Assembly: GCA_049609225.1 (NCBI GenBank)
Contig: JBMYYH010000002.1
Span: 3,368-67,367 of the forward strand
Length of the DNA: 64,000 bases
DNA from: Planctomycetota bacterium
GTDB lineage: Bacteria; Planctomycetota; UBA1135
Reading direction: 5' to 3'
Shown here: in pieces, positions 7,230 through 17,124 of the stretch
Position numbering within the stretch: the stretch's first letter is position 1
Layout of the letters: the number at the start of each line of letters is the position of its first letter
Position numbers and translations under genes: made by a program
Notes under the pieces: model-generated
What the model was told of the DNA's origin: nothing
Database searches by the model: none
Seen by the model: only the letters and a program-made list of their open reading frames with translations

Positions 7230-8927
7230 ATGGACGAACGCCGTTGGTATGACCACTACGAGGATGGTGTCCCTCGCACCATTAACTTCGAGGATGTTCC
7301 GCTTCCGGAATACCTCGAAAGGGCCGTGCGTCGCTATCCCGAAGCAGACGCCATCCACTTCCTGAATTGCCGGCTGAGTTATCGCCAGCTCAAGGATGAG
7401 GTCGATCGATTCGCGACCGCGCTGGCTGGACTGGGTGTCCGTAAAGGCACTCGCGTTGCCGTGCAGGCGCCGAACATTCCGCAGACCGCGATTGCCTACT
7501 TGGCGATCCAACGCCTCGGCGCACATGCGGTGATGACCAACCCGCTGTACATGCCGCGCGAGATCGAACATCAATGGAATGATGCGGAAGTCGAGGTCGC
7601 CATCACCATGGATTTCCTGTGGGACCAGAAGGTCCGCGCCATGCGCGACAAGGTTGGGGTGCGCGAATACATCATCGCCTCGATCCCCGAGTACCTGAAG
7701 TTCCCGGTCAAGCAGCTGGCGCCGCTGAAGCTGAAGAAGAACGACCCACCCGCAATCGCCAAGGTCAAGCCGGAGCCTGGCGTGCACTTCTTCCGCAAGT
7801 TGCTGAAGTCCTCGGCCGCCACGCCGCCGCAGGTCGACATCAGCATGGACGACATCGCCGTGATCCAATACACCGGCGGTACCACAGGTGTGTCGAAGGG
7901 TGCCATCCTGACTCACGGCAACCTCAGCTACAACGTGCAGCAGGTGCGCAACTGGTTCACCGGCTTGGAGCCTGGCAAGGAAGTCCTGCTCGCAGCACTA
8001 CCGTTCTTCCATATCTTCGGCCTGACGGTCTGCCTGACCTGGCCGGTCGCTGTGGGTGCAGCCATCGTCCTGCAGGCCAACCCGCGGGATATCGATGGCA
8101 TGGTCAAGCGCATCTCCAAGCACCGCGTGACCCTGTTCCCGGCCCTGCCTGCGCTGTTCAATGCGATCAACCAATACCCTGGCGTCGAGAACATCGACCT
8201 CTCCAGTGTGAAGCGTTGTTTCTCGGGCTCGGCTCCGCTGCCGGAGGATGTGCAGAACCGCTTCGAACAGTTGACGGGCGCCATCATCGTCGAAGGTTTC
8301 GGCCTTACCGAGACTTCCCCGGTGGTCACGGCGAACCCATGCATGGGCAAGCGCAAGATCGGTCACATTGGATTGCCTTTGCCGGAAACCGATGTACGCA
8401 TCGTCGATCCGGAAGGCGGTCTGCCGGAACTGCCCGTCGGCGAGACCGGCGAACTCATCGTGCAAGGCCCGCAGGTCATGCAGGGTTACTTGAACCGCGA
8501 ACAAGAGACCGCCAACACCATCCGCAATGGTTGGCTCTACACCGGCGACCTCGCGGTGATGGATGCCGAGGGTTACTTCAAGATCGTCGGTCGTAAGAAA
8601 GACATGATTATCGCTTCCGGCTACAACGTCTTCCCGGATGAGATCGATCGCGTGTTGATGGCGAATGAGAAGGTGTTCGAGTCCTGCACCATCGGTGTGC
8701 CGGATGCCAAGCGCGGTGAAACCGTGAAGGCCTTCATCGTGCCGCAGCCGGGTGAGATGATCAGCGAAGAAGAGCTGAAGGAATGGTGCGCCAATGAGCT
8801 CGCGGCCTACAAGGTGCCGAAGTTCTGGGAGTTCCGCGAGGAGTTGCCGAAGTCGGCGATGATGAAGCTCCTGCGTCGGGAGTTGCGCGATGAAGAAGTG
8901 AAGAAGATGGCCAACGGCAATGCCTGA
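7230..8927 (+). CDS. fadD: Long-chain fatty-acid--CoA ligase (AMP-forming)
   Basis: AMP-binding motifs IQYTGGTTGVSKGA, GFGLTETSP, YTGDLA and GRKKDMI. The track ORF starts at TTG 7197; I prefer ATG 7230 (MDERRWYDHY...). Confidence 0.85.
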   Translation: MDERRWYDHYEDGVPRTINFEDVPLPEYLERAVRRYPEADAIHFLNCRLSYRQLKDEVDRFATALAGLGVRKGTRVAVQAPNIPQTAIAYLAIQRLGAHAVMTNPLYMPREIEHQWNDAEVEVAITMDFLWDQKVRAMRDKVGVREYIIASIPEYLKFPVKQLAPLKLKKNDPPAIAKVKPEPGVHFFRKLLKSSAATPPQVDISMDDIAVIQYTGGTTGVSKGAILTHGNLSYNVQQVRNWFTGLEPGKEVLLAALPFFHIFGLTVCLTWPVAVGAAIVLQANPRDIDGMVKRISKHRVTLFPALPALFNAINQYPGVENIDLSSVKRCFSGSAPLPEDVQNRFEQLTGAIIVEGFGLTETSPVVTANPCMGKRKIGHIGLPLPETDVRIVDPEGGLPELPVGETGELIVQGPQVMQGYLNREQETANTIRNGWLYTGDLAVMDAEGYFKIVGRKKDMIIASGYNVFPDEIDRVLMANEKVFESCTIGVPDAKRGETVKAFIVPQPGEMISEEELKEWCANELAAYKVPKFWEFREELPKSAMMKLLRRELRDEEVKKMANGNA

Positions 8928-9780
8928 TCCAGCTTTCGAATTTCCCGACCTCAGCGGTCAAGTCGCGATCGTCACCGGAGCGAGTCGTGGCATCGGCAAG
9001 GTTATCGCTTTAGCCCTGGCCGGCGCCGGCGCCGACATCGTGGTCGCGGCCAAAAGCGAGAAATCGCGCGATAGCCTGCCGGGCAACATCCACGAGACTG
9101 CCGATGAGGTTCGAGCCCTCGGACGTCGCGCATTGGCGGTCAAGACCAATGTCCGCAACGCAGAGGAAGTCGAGGCGATGGTGCAAGCCGCACTCTCCGA
9201 GTTCGGACGCATCGACATCCTGCTGAACAACGCCGGTGCGATGTTCTGGCGTCCCGTCGTCCAGACGCCACCCAAGCGTTTCGATCTGATGATGGAGGTG
9301 AATGCACGTGCCGCATACTTGGCCACGCATTTCGTCCTGCCGCACATGATGGAGCGGGGCAGTGGCTGCATCGTGCAGATGTCACCGCCGCCGGTCGTCG
9401 AGATGATGCGTGGCAAGACTCCCTACTGCATCTCCAAGTTCGGCATGAGCCTGTTGGCGATGGGCTTGGCGCAGGAAGTCGGCGATAGCGCCATTCGCAG
9501 TTGCGCCCTGTGGCCAGCCACCGCGATCGAATCGCAGGCCACCATCAATCATGGTCTAGGTGGTCCGAAGGATTGGCGCAAAGCCGACATCCTCGCCGAC
9601 GCGACCTTGGCCATCCTCCAAGCACCGATCGAGAAGGTGCAGGGGCAATGCCTGATCGATGAACAGGCGCTCCACCTCGTCGGCGTGACCGACTTCGAAT
9701 CCTACAACTGTGTGGAGGGCGGCAAGCCCATCCGCATTGTCGGGGATGGCGGAGTGCAGGCCGGCTTGTGGCAGACCTGA
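8920..9780 (+). CDS. Short-chain dehydrogenase/reductase (SDR) family oxidoreductase
   Basis: VAIVTGASRGIGK Rossmann motif, NNAG, catalytic YCISK (YxxxK). Overlaps the fadD end by 8 nt. Confidence 0.8.
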   Translation: MPDPAFEFPDLSGQVAIVTGASRGIGKVIALALAGAGADIVVAAKSEKSRDSLPGNIHETADEVRALGRRALAVKTNVRNAEEVEAMVQAALSEFGRIDILLNNAGAMFWRPVVQTPPKRFDLMMEVNARAAYLATHFVLPHMMERGSGCIVQMSPPPVVEMMRGKTPYCISKFGMSLLAMGLAQEVGDSAIRSCALWPATAIESQATINHGLGGPKDWRKADILADATLAILQAPIEKVQGQCLIDEQALHLVGVTDFESYNCVEGGKPIRIVGDGGVQAGLWQT

Positions 9781-9810
9781 ACGCGAGGTTCTTTCTGAGA
9801 GGCGCCGCGC

Positions 9811-10704
9811 CTACTGCGCCGACGACGTCTTCAGTTTGCGCGCAGCGAGTTCGGCCTTGACCTTGTCGCGGGCATTCTGAATCGCATCCTTCGAGGCACG
9901 CTTGAGGTCCCAGGTCAGGTTGACCTTGGAGAGCGTCCAGACCCACCACTTGGTGGGGTCGAAGTGGAACCAGCGCACGCCATTGCGATAATCGTTGGCG
10001 AAGCGATGGTGGAAGTTGTGGTAGCCCTCGCCCATGGTGACCAGCGCCGTGATGAAGGAATCACGTGCCGAGTTCGCCAGGCTGTACGGGCGGCTGCCGA
10101 TCATGTGCGCGATCGAGTTGATCGAGAAGGTGCTGTGCCATTCGAACACGAGGCGCAGGAAACCAGCGATCAGGAGCGCGCCGATGGGATCTCCCCAAAG
10201 GAAGCCAAGCAGGAACGGAGTGACGCCGCCGGACATGATGGCCCAGGCGAGGTAGTGCTCGTGCTGATGCATGACCAGGCGACTCTTCTTGAGGTCTGGC
10301 ACGTTGGCCAGATCAGGCTCCTTGGCCTGGTGCAGGACCCAGCCGATATGTGCCCACCAAAATCCTTTTCGGATGTTGTAGGGATCGTCCTTTTTGTCGA
10401 CCTGGCCGTGATGGATGCGATGGTCGGAGGACCACTTCAGGGCCGAGTTCTGGATCGAGGCCGCGCCGAAGAAGAGGTACATGGCGCGGAGCACGGCGCG
10501 GGCGCGGTGCGTGGGGTGTGCGAACAAACGGTGGTAGCCAGCGCTGATCGACAGGGTGCAGATCCAGGCGTAGAACACACCGAGTCCGAGACTCATCCAA
10601 GAGAACTTGATGAGGCACATGTAAAGCACCGCAACAACGGCGAGCACATGCGCGATCAAGATGAAGTTCGTATTGACCTTGTCTAGAGGACGGCGTCTGG
10701 ACAT
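9811..10704 (-). CDS. Acyl-CoA (stearoyl-CoA type, delta-9) fatty-acid desaturase
   Basis: Three His boxes, HRLFAH, HRIHH and HNFHHRF, in a four-TM protein. Confidence 0.85.
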   Translation of the reverse strand: MSRRRPLDKVNTNFILIAHVLAVVAVLYMCLIKFSWMSLGLGVFYAWICTLSISAGYHRLFAHPTHRARAVLRAMYLFFGAASIQNSALKWSSDHRIHHGQVDKKDDPYNIRKGFWWAHIGWVLHQAKEPDLANVPDLKKSRLVMHQHEHYLAWAIMSGGVTPFLLGFLWGDPIGALLIAGFLRLVFEWHSTFSINSIAHMIGSRPYSLANSARDSFITALVTMGEGYHNFHHRFANDYRNGVRWFHFDPTKWWVWTLSKVNLTWDLKRASKDAIQNARDKVKAELAARKLKTSSAQ

Positions 10705-10711
10705 CGCAACA

Positions 10712-11500
10712 TTATGCAGGTTTAGGGGGGGCAGGCGGCAGGAACCTCAAGAACAATTCGCGCAGCTCCTTGGACTTTTCCCGTAACTCCCTTCTACTCC
10801 AATCCACGGTGTCTACGGCCGGAAGGAAGTCAATCCGGATCACCCCAGAGCGCACAATGAGGCTGCCCATCGGGTTAACGGTGTCTGCACCCCGCATAAT
10901 GCACGGAATGATGGGGGCACCGGTCTGCAGGGCGAGGTGAAAAGCGCCCATTTTGAACTCCTGTAGGCCTCCAAGGCGGGAACGGGTGCCTTCCGGGGCA
11001 ATCCACAGCGCCAAACCCTCCTCGCGGATGCGTCGGGCCGAAAGTTCCATGCTGGAGCGCGCCGCCTCACTGTTTCCGCGGTCGACCTCGATGAATCCGA
11101 GCATGCGCATCACCCTTCCCATTAAGGGGATACGTCCGAATTCCTTCTTGTAGATGACGGTTCCCGGGTGCGACCAAGCAGCACTCCAGACGAACAGGTC
11201 GACCAGGCTCACATGGTTGACGGCAAGGATGCGGGGGCCGTCCTGATCGCGATTTTCGAGGCCGTTGAGGTCCAGTTTGATCCCAAAAAGCCAGCAAAGG
11301 CCTTTTCCCCAGCCACGGAGCAGTCCTTGGCGGTGCTTGCGGCTCCAACCAGGGAGCAGCAATAGCAGCAGAATCAGGACAATAATGTAGAGGAAGGCAT
11401 AGAGCACCGCCGGCACGATCATGAGGACGGCACGGATGACGCCTCCAGGCTTGGGTGGCTCCCATTCCAAGGGAGCGCCACCGGTGGGATCGGGGCTCAT
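10712..11500 (-). CDS. plsC: 1-acyl-sn-glycerol-3-phosphate acyltransferase
   Basis: NHVSLVD (HX4D) and PEGTRS acyltransferase motifs with an N-terminal TM anchor. Confidence 0.8.
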   Translation of the reverse strand: MSPDPTGGAPLEWEPPKPGGVIRAVLMIVPAVLYAFLYIIVLILLLLLLPGWSRKHRQGLLRGWGKGLCWLFGIKLDLNGLENRDQDGPRILAVNHVSLVDLFVWSAAWSHPGTVIYKKEFGRIPLMGRVMRMLGFIEVDRGNSEAARSSMELSARRIREEGLALWIAPEGTRSRLGGLQEFKMGAFHLALQTGAPIIPCIMRGADTVNPMGSLIVRSGVIRIDFLPAVDTVDWSRRELREKSKELRELFLRFLPPAPPKPA

Positions 11501-11512
11501 AGGGGCTTGGCG

Positions 11513-11854
11513 CTAGTCGCGCTGCCCACGCACGCGGATCTGCTGCTTCTCAAACCAGCGCGTCAGTTGCGCGCGGCGATCGCCTTGGATGACGAGCAGG
11601 CCATTGTCATCCACGGTGCCACCTGTTCCGAAGGCCTTCTTGATGAAGCCGAGGATTTCATCGGTGCGCGCCTCGGGGATATCCCGGACGGTGGTCACGA
11701 CCTTAGAGCCGCCACGGCGCTCATAGCCGAGGACGACTTCCTTGAAAGGCTTGCCGGTCTCGGGATCGAGCTCGTTGCCCTGGTCATCGAATTTCCCCGT
11801 GCCCTCAATGCCGGCCTCGGCGAACAGTTTCATGAACGGATTGTCTTCACCCAT
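11513..11854 (-). CDS. yciH: Translation initiation factor SUI1/YciH family
   Basis: 113 aa. The C-terminal SUI1 fold pattern GGSKVVTTVRDI...IKKAFGTGGTVDDNGLLVIQGDRR. Confidence 0.8.
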   Translation of the reverse strand: MGEDNPFMKLFAEAGIEGTGKFDDQGNELDPETGKPFKEVVLGYERRGGSKVVTTVRDIPEARTDEILGFIKKAFGTGGTVDDNGLLVIQGDRRAQLTRWFEKQQIRVRGQRD

Positions 11855-11937
11855 TTCCCGCCTATTGTAGACCCGACCTGCGATTCGTGTGCGGGCATCC
11901 GGTGAGGTGGTTGTCGGAGGGCTGGTACGATGTGCGC

Positions 11938-12921
11938 ATGATCATCGTGACGGGCGGTGCAGGATTCATCGGCAGCAATCTGCTGGCTGGCCTCGAGGGG
12001 CGTGGCGACTTGGTCGTCGTGGACACCCTCGGTTCCGGAGATATGTGGCGAAACCTCGCCAAGCGCGAACTGGCAGATGTGGTGCGTCCAGAGGATCTGG
12101 GCGCCTTCCTGGCCGGACGCGACGGTGATGAGGTCGAGGCGATCTTCCATATGGGAGCGATTTCGGCCACCACCGAGACCGATGTCGATCGGATCGTGCA
12201 GAACAACATCCGCCTCAGCTTGGATCTGTTCCGCTGGTGCGGGATGAGCAAGGTGCGGTTGATCTACGCGAGTTCCGCCGCCACTTACGGCGATGGTTCG
12301 CAAGGCTTCTCCGATGATGACGCCGTCGATTCCTTGGCGCGATTGCGTCCGCTCAATGCCTATGGCTGGAGCAAGCATGTCGTCGACCGACGTCTGGCAC
12401 GATTGCTGCGGCAAGGTGGAAGCCTGCCACCGCAATGTGTTGGCTTGAAGTTCTTCAACGTCTACGGCCCGAATGAATATCACAAGGGTTCGATGCGCAG
12501 CGTGGTGCATCAACTCACGCCGAAGGTCGAGGCAGGGGAGGAAGCGGTGTTGTTCCGCTCGCATCATCCGGATTATCAAGATGGTGGACAGTTGCGCGAC
12601 TTCATCTACGTGAAGGATGTGGTGGACGTGATGCTGTGGTTGCTCGACCACCCAGAAGTGCAGGGTTTGTTCAACGTCGGTACGGGCAAGGCGCGCAGCT
12701 TTGCCGATCTTGCGCATGCAGTCTTTGCAGCCTGCGACAAGGAACCGAAGTTGAAGTTCATCGATACGCCGATCGAGATTCGGGATAAGTACCAGTACTT
12801 CACCCAAGCCGAGATGAGCAAGCTGCAGGGTGCTGGATACGACAAGCCGTTCACCTCGCTGGAAGATGGCGTGAAGGATTACGTGCAGGCGCACTTGCAG
12901 GCCGAAGATCAGTACGTATGA
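11938..12921 (+). CDS. hldD: ADP-L-glycero-D-manno-heptose 6-epimerase
   Basis: MIIVTGGAGFIGSN...EAIFHMGA...LIYASSAATYG...LNAYGWSK is colinear with enterobacterial HldD/RfaD. Start taken at ATG 11938, not the upstream track start. Confidence 0.85.
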   Translation: MIIVTGGAGFIGSNLLAGLEGRGDLVVVDTLGSGDMWRNLAKRELADVVRPEDLGAFLAGRDGDEVEAIFHMGAISATTETDVDRIVQNNIRLSLDLFRWCGMSKVRLIYASSAATYGDGSQGFSDDDAVDSLARLRPLNAYGWSKHVVDRRLARLLRQGGSLPPQCVGLKFFNVYGPNEYHKGSMRSVVHQLTPKVEAGEEAVLFRSHHPDYQDGGQLRDFIYVKDVVDVMLWLLDHPEVQGLFNVGTGKARSFADLAHAVFAACDKEPKLKFIDTPIEIRDKYQYFTQAEMSKLQGAGYDKPFTSLEDGVKDYVQAHLQAEDQYV

Positions 12922-13169
12922 GCCGCCTGCGACGTCCGGCCAATATCCTCTTCATTGCGGTCGACTTCCTGTGTTCGGCCTATGCGGCTTTGTGGCTCTC
13001 CAGTTGGCTGATGGAGTGGTTCTTCAGCCAAGAAGGCCGCATCATGCCGGAAGGCCAACAGCACACCTTGGTCTTGATGGCGGTGTGGTTGCCGATCTTC
13101 CTGGTCCTATATTCCTTGATTGCCGTGCTCTGGGCGCGGTTGCGATTCGGTGGGCAGAAAAAAGATTGA
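12918..13169 (+). CDS. Hypothetical small membrane protein
   Basis: 83-aa ORF with two hydrophobic segments. Its start overlaps the hldD stop (ATGA-type). No family recognised. Confidence 0.4.
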   Translation: MSRLRRPANILFIAVDFLCSAYAALWLSSWLMEWFFSQEGRIMPEGQQHTLVLMAVWLPIFLVLYSLIAVLWARLRFGGQKKD

Positions 13170-13617
13170 GGCTCCGAAGAAGGGGATTCTCGCCACCCTG
13201 AAATCGCCTGTGCTTTGGGCTGCTCCAGTGGGAGGCCCCTTAGCGATTCTTGCTCTGTCGATTTCCCTAATCATTCTCTTCGCCTTGTTGACTGGAGAGT
13301 TTTCGGTGCAGGCAGTCGTGAACCATGGATTCAAGACATGGGATCAACTGCTTCCCTACTTGGGTGTCTTCCTGCTTCCAACGGGCCTATTTTCCAACCT
13401 GCTGGTCATCTTCTTCCGGAAGGAGGGGGTCGAATCCTGGGATTGGGTAGCAAGTATGTCTAGCGCCGCGGTTGGGGCATGTACCGCTATGGCAGTGAGC
13501 ATGGCGTTCTGGGGGGAATCCTCCGCGATCTTATGGTTCGCTGCCTTTACCCTCGGCGGTGCCTGCCATTGGATAGGGAATCTCTTTCTCATGCGTAAGG
13601 GGTTGTTTCACGACTGA
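13120..13617 (+). CDS. Hypothetical four-TM membrane protein (start uncertain)
   Basis: 165-aa ORF with membrane-protein-like composition. The 5-prime 50 nt overlap the preceding ORF, so the true start may be an internal GTG. Confidence 0.45.
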   Translation: MPCSGRGCDSVGRKKIEAPKKGILATLKSPVLWAAPVGGPLAILALSISLIILFALLTGEFSVQAVVNHGFKTWDQLLPYLGVFLLPTGLFSNLLVIFFRKEGVESWDWVASMSSAAVGACTAMAVSMAFWGESSAILWFAAFTLGGACHWIGNLFLMRKGLFHD

Positions 13618-13699
13618 AGGCGATCGCCGTCGGAATCCGAAACAGACGGTTTGCCTGGCCTGCTATTCCTGTTAGGTTCAGGAGTGAAAGTTTCCGCCC

Positions 13700-14041
13700 G
13701 TGCAGCATCAACGCACCCACCTCCTCTTCGTCTGCTCCCGCAATCAATGGCGGAGCCCCACCGGAGAGCAGATCTACGCCCGCGATTCCCGTGTCGCGGT
13801 GCGTTCCTGCGGGGTGAGCATGAAGGCACGGCGTCGGCTGCGCGAAGAGGATCTGGACTGGGCCGACGTCGTGCTGGTGATGGAACATGCCCATCGGCAA
13901 CGCATCCTGCAGCGCTTCCCGGATGCAGGGCGCGATGTCGCGATCGAAGTGCTCGACATTCCCGACGACTATGGATTCATGGACCCGGAGCTTCAGGAGA
14001 TGCTGCGCGGTCATGTCGAGGCCTTGTTGGAAAACCTGTAA
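13700..14041 (+). CDS. Low-molecular-weight phosphotyrosine-phosphatase-family protein (short form)
   Basis: GTG start. LLFVCSRNQWRS is a C-X5-R-S P-loop near the N-terminus, and DIPDDYG provides a candidate general-acid Asp. Confidence 0.7.
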   Translation: MQHQRTHLLFVCSRNQWRSPTGEQIYARDSRVAVRSCGVSMKARRRLREEDLDWADVVLVMEHAHRQRILQRFPDAGRDVAIEVLDIPDDYGFMDPELQEMLRGHVEALLENL

Positions 14042-14107
14042 CGAATCGAGAACACGAGCGAATGCCTAGTCGAGCCGCGGGGATGGTCCCCGAGGCTGCC
14101 AACGACC

Positions 14108-14500
14108 ATGCAATCCAAGATCACCCTCGTCGCTCGCCTCGTCGCCGCCGTCATTCTCGGCCAGACTTTGTTCTTCAAGTTCACCGGGGCGGAGGAATCG
14201 GTGCACATCTTCACCACGCTCGGCGCGGAGCCTTGGGGGCGCATCGGCAGCGGCGTGGCGGAACTGATTGCGGTCCTGCTGTTGTTGATGCCACGTACCG
14301 CAGCGATCGGCGGCGCGATGACCGTCGGCTTGATGGTGGGTGCAGTGGGTTCGCATCTCGGCCCGCTCGGTATCGATGTGCAAGGGGATGGAGGAACCTT
14401 GTTCACGATGGCACTCATCGCGCTGGTTGCCGGCGCCGTCGTCGCTTGGATCGGACGTAGGGAGCTTCCCATTGTTGGCGGGCTGTTTCGAAAGGCTTGA
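14108..14500 (+). CDS. DoxX-family membrane protein
   Basis: 130 aa, four TM. Pattern LVARLVAAVILGQTLFFKFTG...GVAELIAVLLLLMPRTA. Confidence 0.7.
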   Translation: MQSKITLVARLVAAVILGQTLFFKFTGAEESVHIFTTLGAEPWGRIGSGVAELIAVLLLLMPRTAAIGGAMTVGLMVGAVGSHLGPLGIDVQGDGGTLFTMALIALVAGAVVAWIGRRELPIVGGLFRKA

Positions 14501-14534
14501 TTGCGCCTAACCTGGGGTGGGTAACCTCGTATCC

Positions 14535-15131
14535 ATGTGTATGACCTCCAGGCCCACCTTGCTGATTTTTACGCTGGCCCTCGTCACCACGACCTCCTGC
14601 GCTATGCCGTGGACGGATGTGAATACGCGCCTGCGTGCGAGCGGCACTTTCGTCGAATCGATGGACGTCGATACCACCGCACCAGGTGGCGCGACCACCA
14701 CCGCCGATAGTGAATATGAATCCATCGAAGTCGGCTTCGGTAGCTTGGCCTCGCAGGATGGCGAGAAGAAGTGGTTGCGCGAGATGTTCGTGGCGAAGTC
14801 TTCCGTCCGCGAAGTCGATGCCTATGAGATCGGCGCTGGCGGACGCTTCTTCCTCGGTAACTACAGCGGCTTCGAGCCCTTCCTCGGATTGCACGCCGTG
14901 GTCTCGATCTACGATGAACTTGCTGGCACCAATAGTGCGGGCACGCAATTCGGCGTCCGTTTGGGCGCGGGCACGGAATACGCTCTCAACGACTGGATTT
15001 TCCTCGACGCCGGCCTGCATTACCTGGTGCCGATCAGCGGTTCCTCTTTCTCCTACACCGGCATCGGCGCAGTAGACGACACTGAGGTGGGGGGCTTATC
15101 GCTCGGCGTCGGTATCGGTATCGACTTCTAG
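14535..15131 (+). CDS. Small outer-membrane beta-barrel lipoprotein (OmpW/porin-like)
   Basis: Signal peptide with Cys (LALVTTTSC), alternating beta-strand pattern, C-terminal ...GVGIGIDF ending in Phe. The track start at 14517 is GTG; ATG 14535 preferred. Confidence 0.6.
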   Translation: MCMTSRPTLLIFTLALVTTTSCAMPWTDVNTRLRASGTFVESMDVDTTAPGGATTTADSEYESIEVGFGSLASQDGEKKWLREMFVAKSSVREVDAYEIGAGGRFFLGNYSGFEPFLGLHAVVSIYDELAGTNSAGTQFGVRLGAGTEYALNDWIFLDAGLHYLVPISGSSFSYTGIGAVDDTEVGGLSLGVGIGIDF

Positions 15132-15177
15132 GCGGTTTCCCGCAGCAACGTAGCCGAATCGTGCTCGAGTGGTTCGG

Positions 15178-16122
15178 TTACTCGACGCCTTTGCGTCGCA
15201 CCACGTAGATCGGGCGCTGCTTCACTTCCTGATAGATGCGCCCGACATACTCGCCGATCACGCCGATGCCGAGCATCGTTGCGCCACCGATCAACACGAT
15301 CAGTGCAGTGAGGTAAGAGATGTCGTTGCCCATATCCAACACGTTGAACCAGTTGCCAAACAAAAGGAACAATGCGGCAATGATGCTGAAGATGATGGCG
15401 AAGGCGCCAACGATCATCAGCACGCGCAGCGGGAACACCGAGAAGGCCAACAAACCTTCGATCGCGATGCCTGAGAGGATCCAGAAGTTGGTCTTCTCTT
15501 CGCCGGCCGCACGGCCAGGACGGTCGAAGGCGATGCCATCTTGCTTGAAGCCGACGAAGGCTCGCAGACCCGGCACGAAACGACCGCGCTCGCGCATGGA
15601 GCACAGGGCATTGACCACATCGCGACGCATCAGGCAGAAGTTGCCGGCATCGAGCGGTACGTGGATGTAGGCGGTGCGCTTCCACAAGCGGTAGAAGATC
15701 TTCATCGAGGTGCGCTTCACGAACCCCTCCTTCTCGCGCTTGAGCCTTTGCCCATAAACCACATCAAGGTCTTCGTCTTCGAGCTTCTTGAGGAACTCTT
15801 CGATCATCTCGGGAGGATCCTGCAGATCCCCATCCATCATGACGACGAATTCCCCATCCGCGTGATCCAGGCCACAGGCCACTGCACCGGCGTGGCCGAA
15901 ATTCCTAGACAAGCTCAGGTACTTGTACCTTGGCTCTTCTGCATGAAGCTTCTCGAGCAGACCAAGGGATCCGTCCACCGAGCCGTTCTCGACCCACAGG
16001 ACTTCCCACGACTCCTCGCCCATCTTCTCGAAGGTAGCCTTCAGCCGCTCAGCAAGCGCCTGGATGTTGGGTTCCTCGTCGTAAGACGGGATGACGACCG
16101 AGAAGCGGGGGTGTTCGCTCAT
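15178..16122 (-). CDS. Family-2 glycosyltransferase, polyprenyl-phosphate sugar transferase type (GtrB/ArnC-like)
   Basis: FSVVIPSYDEEPNI, the DGDLQD (DxD) motif, and two C-terminal TM helices. Confidence 0.85.
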   Translation of the reverse strand: MSEHPRFSVVIPSYDEEPNIQALAERLKATFEKMGEESWEVLWVENGSVDGSLGLLEKLHAEEPRYKYLSLSRNFGHAGAVACGLDHADGEFVVMMDGDLQDPPEMIEEFLKKLEDEDLDVVYGQRLKREKEGFVKRTSMKIFYRLWKRTAYIHVPLDAGNFCLMRRDVVNALCSMRERGRFVPGLRAFVGFKQDGIAFDRPGRAAGEEKTNFWILSGIAIEGLLAFSVFPLRVLMIVGAFAIIFSIIAALFLLFGNWFNVLDMGNDISYLTALIVLIGGATMLGIGVIGEYVGRIYQEVKQRPIYVVRRKGVE

Positions 16123-16134
16123 GGAATCAACAGT

Positions 16135-17085
16135 TTATGACTGCGTCGACGCCTCGCGTGCCGCTTCCACCATCTGCCGCAGACCTTCTTCCAGGTCCAT
16201 GGTCGGCGTCCAACCGAGCAACCGCTCCGCCTTCGTAATATCCGCGACGCAACGCTGGCTCTCACCCTCGCGCATCTGCATCGCACCGAAGTTCGGCTGA
16301 CCTCCACCAGCGTGACGGCAGACCGTCTCCACCACTTCGCGCACTGGAGTTTCCACTCCCGCACCCAAGTTGATGATCTCACCTTCGACGTTCTCGGCGA
16401 CCGCAGCGGCCAAGATGCCGTCGACCAAGTCATCGACCCAGAGGAAGTCGCGGGTTTGCTTGCCCTCGGTGGTATCGAAGGCTTGGTCCGCGAAGCCCAT
16501 GCGGATCAAAAACGGGATTAGACCGCGTTCTTGGCCGATGCCGTAGATCACGAAGGGCCGCACAATGCAGATCGGCGCCTTCTCGTAGTCGGCCAGCATC
16601 TTCAAGTGATGTGTGGTCGCGACCTTGGCCACCGAATAAGCCGACACCGGGTCTTCGCGCATGTCTTCGGTGAAAGGCACCGGGTTGTTGCCATATTCCT
16701 CGTTGCTGCCGCAGTGCACCCAACGCTTGAGCGAGGGTCCGTCGAGGATCGCGCGACCCAAGTGGCGAGCGGCGGCGTAGTGGCTCTCGGCCATCGCATC
16801 ATCGTTGTCGCGGCTGTGCGACTGATCCGTGCGACCGGAGAGGTCGAGCACATAGGCCGGGTCGAAATCGCGAATCGCCTGTTGGATCGCCGGATTGGCG
16901 ACCGGACCTTCAAAGACCTGCACCTTGAGGTCCTTCAACGGTTCTACATAGGAGGCCTGCACTGCGAGGTCGCAGCCGGCTTCGAGGAGGTGGGGAATCA
17001 TGCGCGAGGCGATGTATCCGCCAGCGCCGACGACGAGGACGCGTCCTTCGGTCAGCGGGGAGAGGTCGGGGAGTGAGGCAGCCAT
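16135..17085 (-). CDS. NAD-dependent sugar epimerase/dehydratase (extended SDR)
   Basis: VLVVGAGGYIASR Rossmann motif and YSVAK (YxxxK). Start set at ATG 17085 (MAASLPDL...). The upstream part of track ORF 16135-17568 is antisense to rfbF. Confidence 0.8.
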   Translation of the reverse strand: MAASLPDLSPLTEGRVLVVGAGGYIASRMIPHLLEAGCDLAVQASYVEPLKDLKVQVFEGPVANPAIQQAIRDFDPAYVLDLSGRTDQSHSRDNDDAMAESHYAAARHLGRAILDGPSLKRWVHCGSNEEYGNNPVPFTEDMREDPVSAYSVAKVATTHHLKMLADYEKAPICIVRPFVIYGIGQERGLIPFLIRMGFADQAFDTTEGKQTRDFLWVDDLVDGILAAAVAENVEGEIINLGAGVETPVREVVETVCRHAGGGQPNFGAMQMREGESQRCVADITKAERLLGWTPTMDLEEGLRQMVEAAREASTQS

Positions 17086-17124
17086 GGTGGTCCTAGAAAG
17101 GGTAGGCAGGCATATACTACCGCC

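Noticed and set aside
11830-12894. 354-aa ORF on the minus strand
   Set aside because: It is antisense to hldD, which aligns end to end with enterobacterial HldD.
13651-14460. 269-aa plus-strand ORF
   Set aside because: It is extremely Arg/Ala/Gly-rich. It overlaps the LMW-PTP-like and DoxX genes, which have recognisable motifs in other frames.
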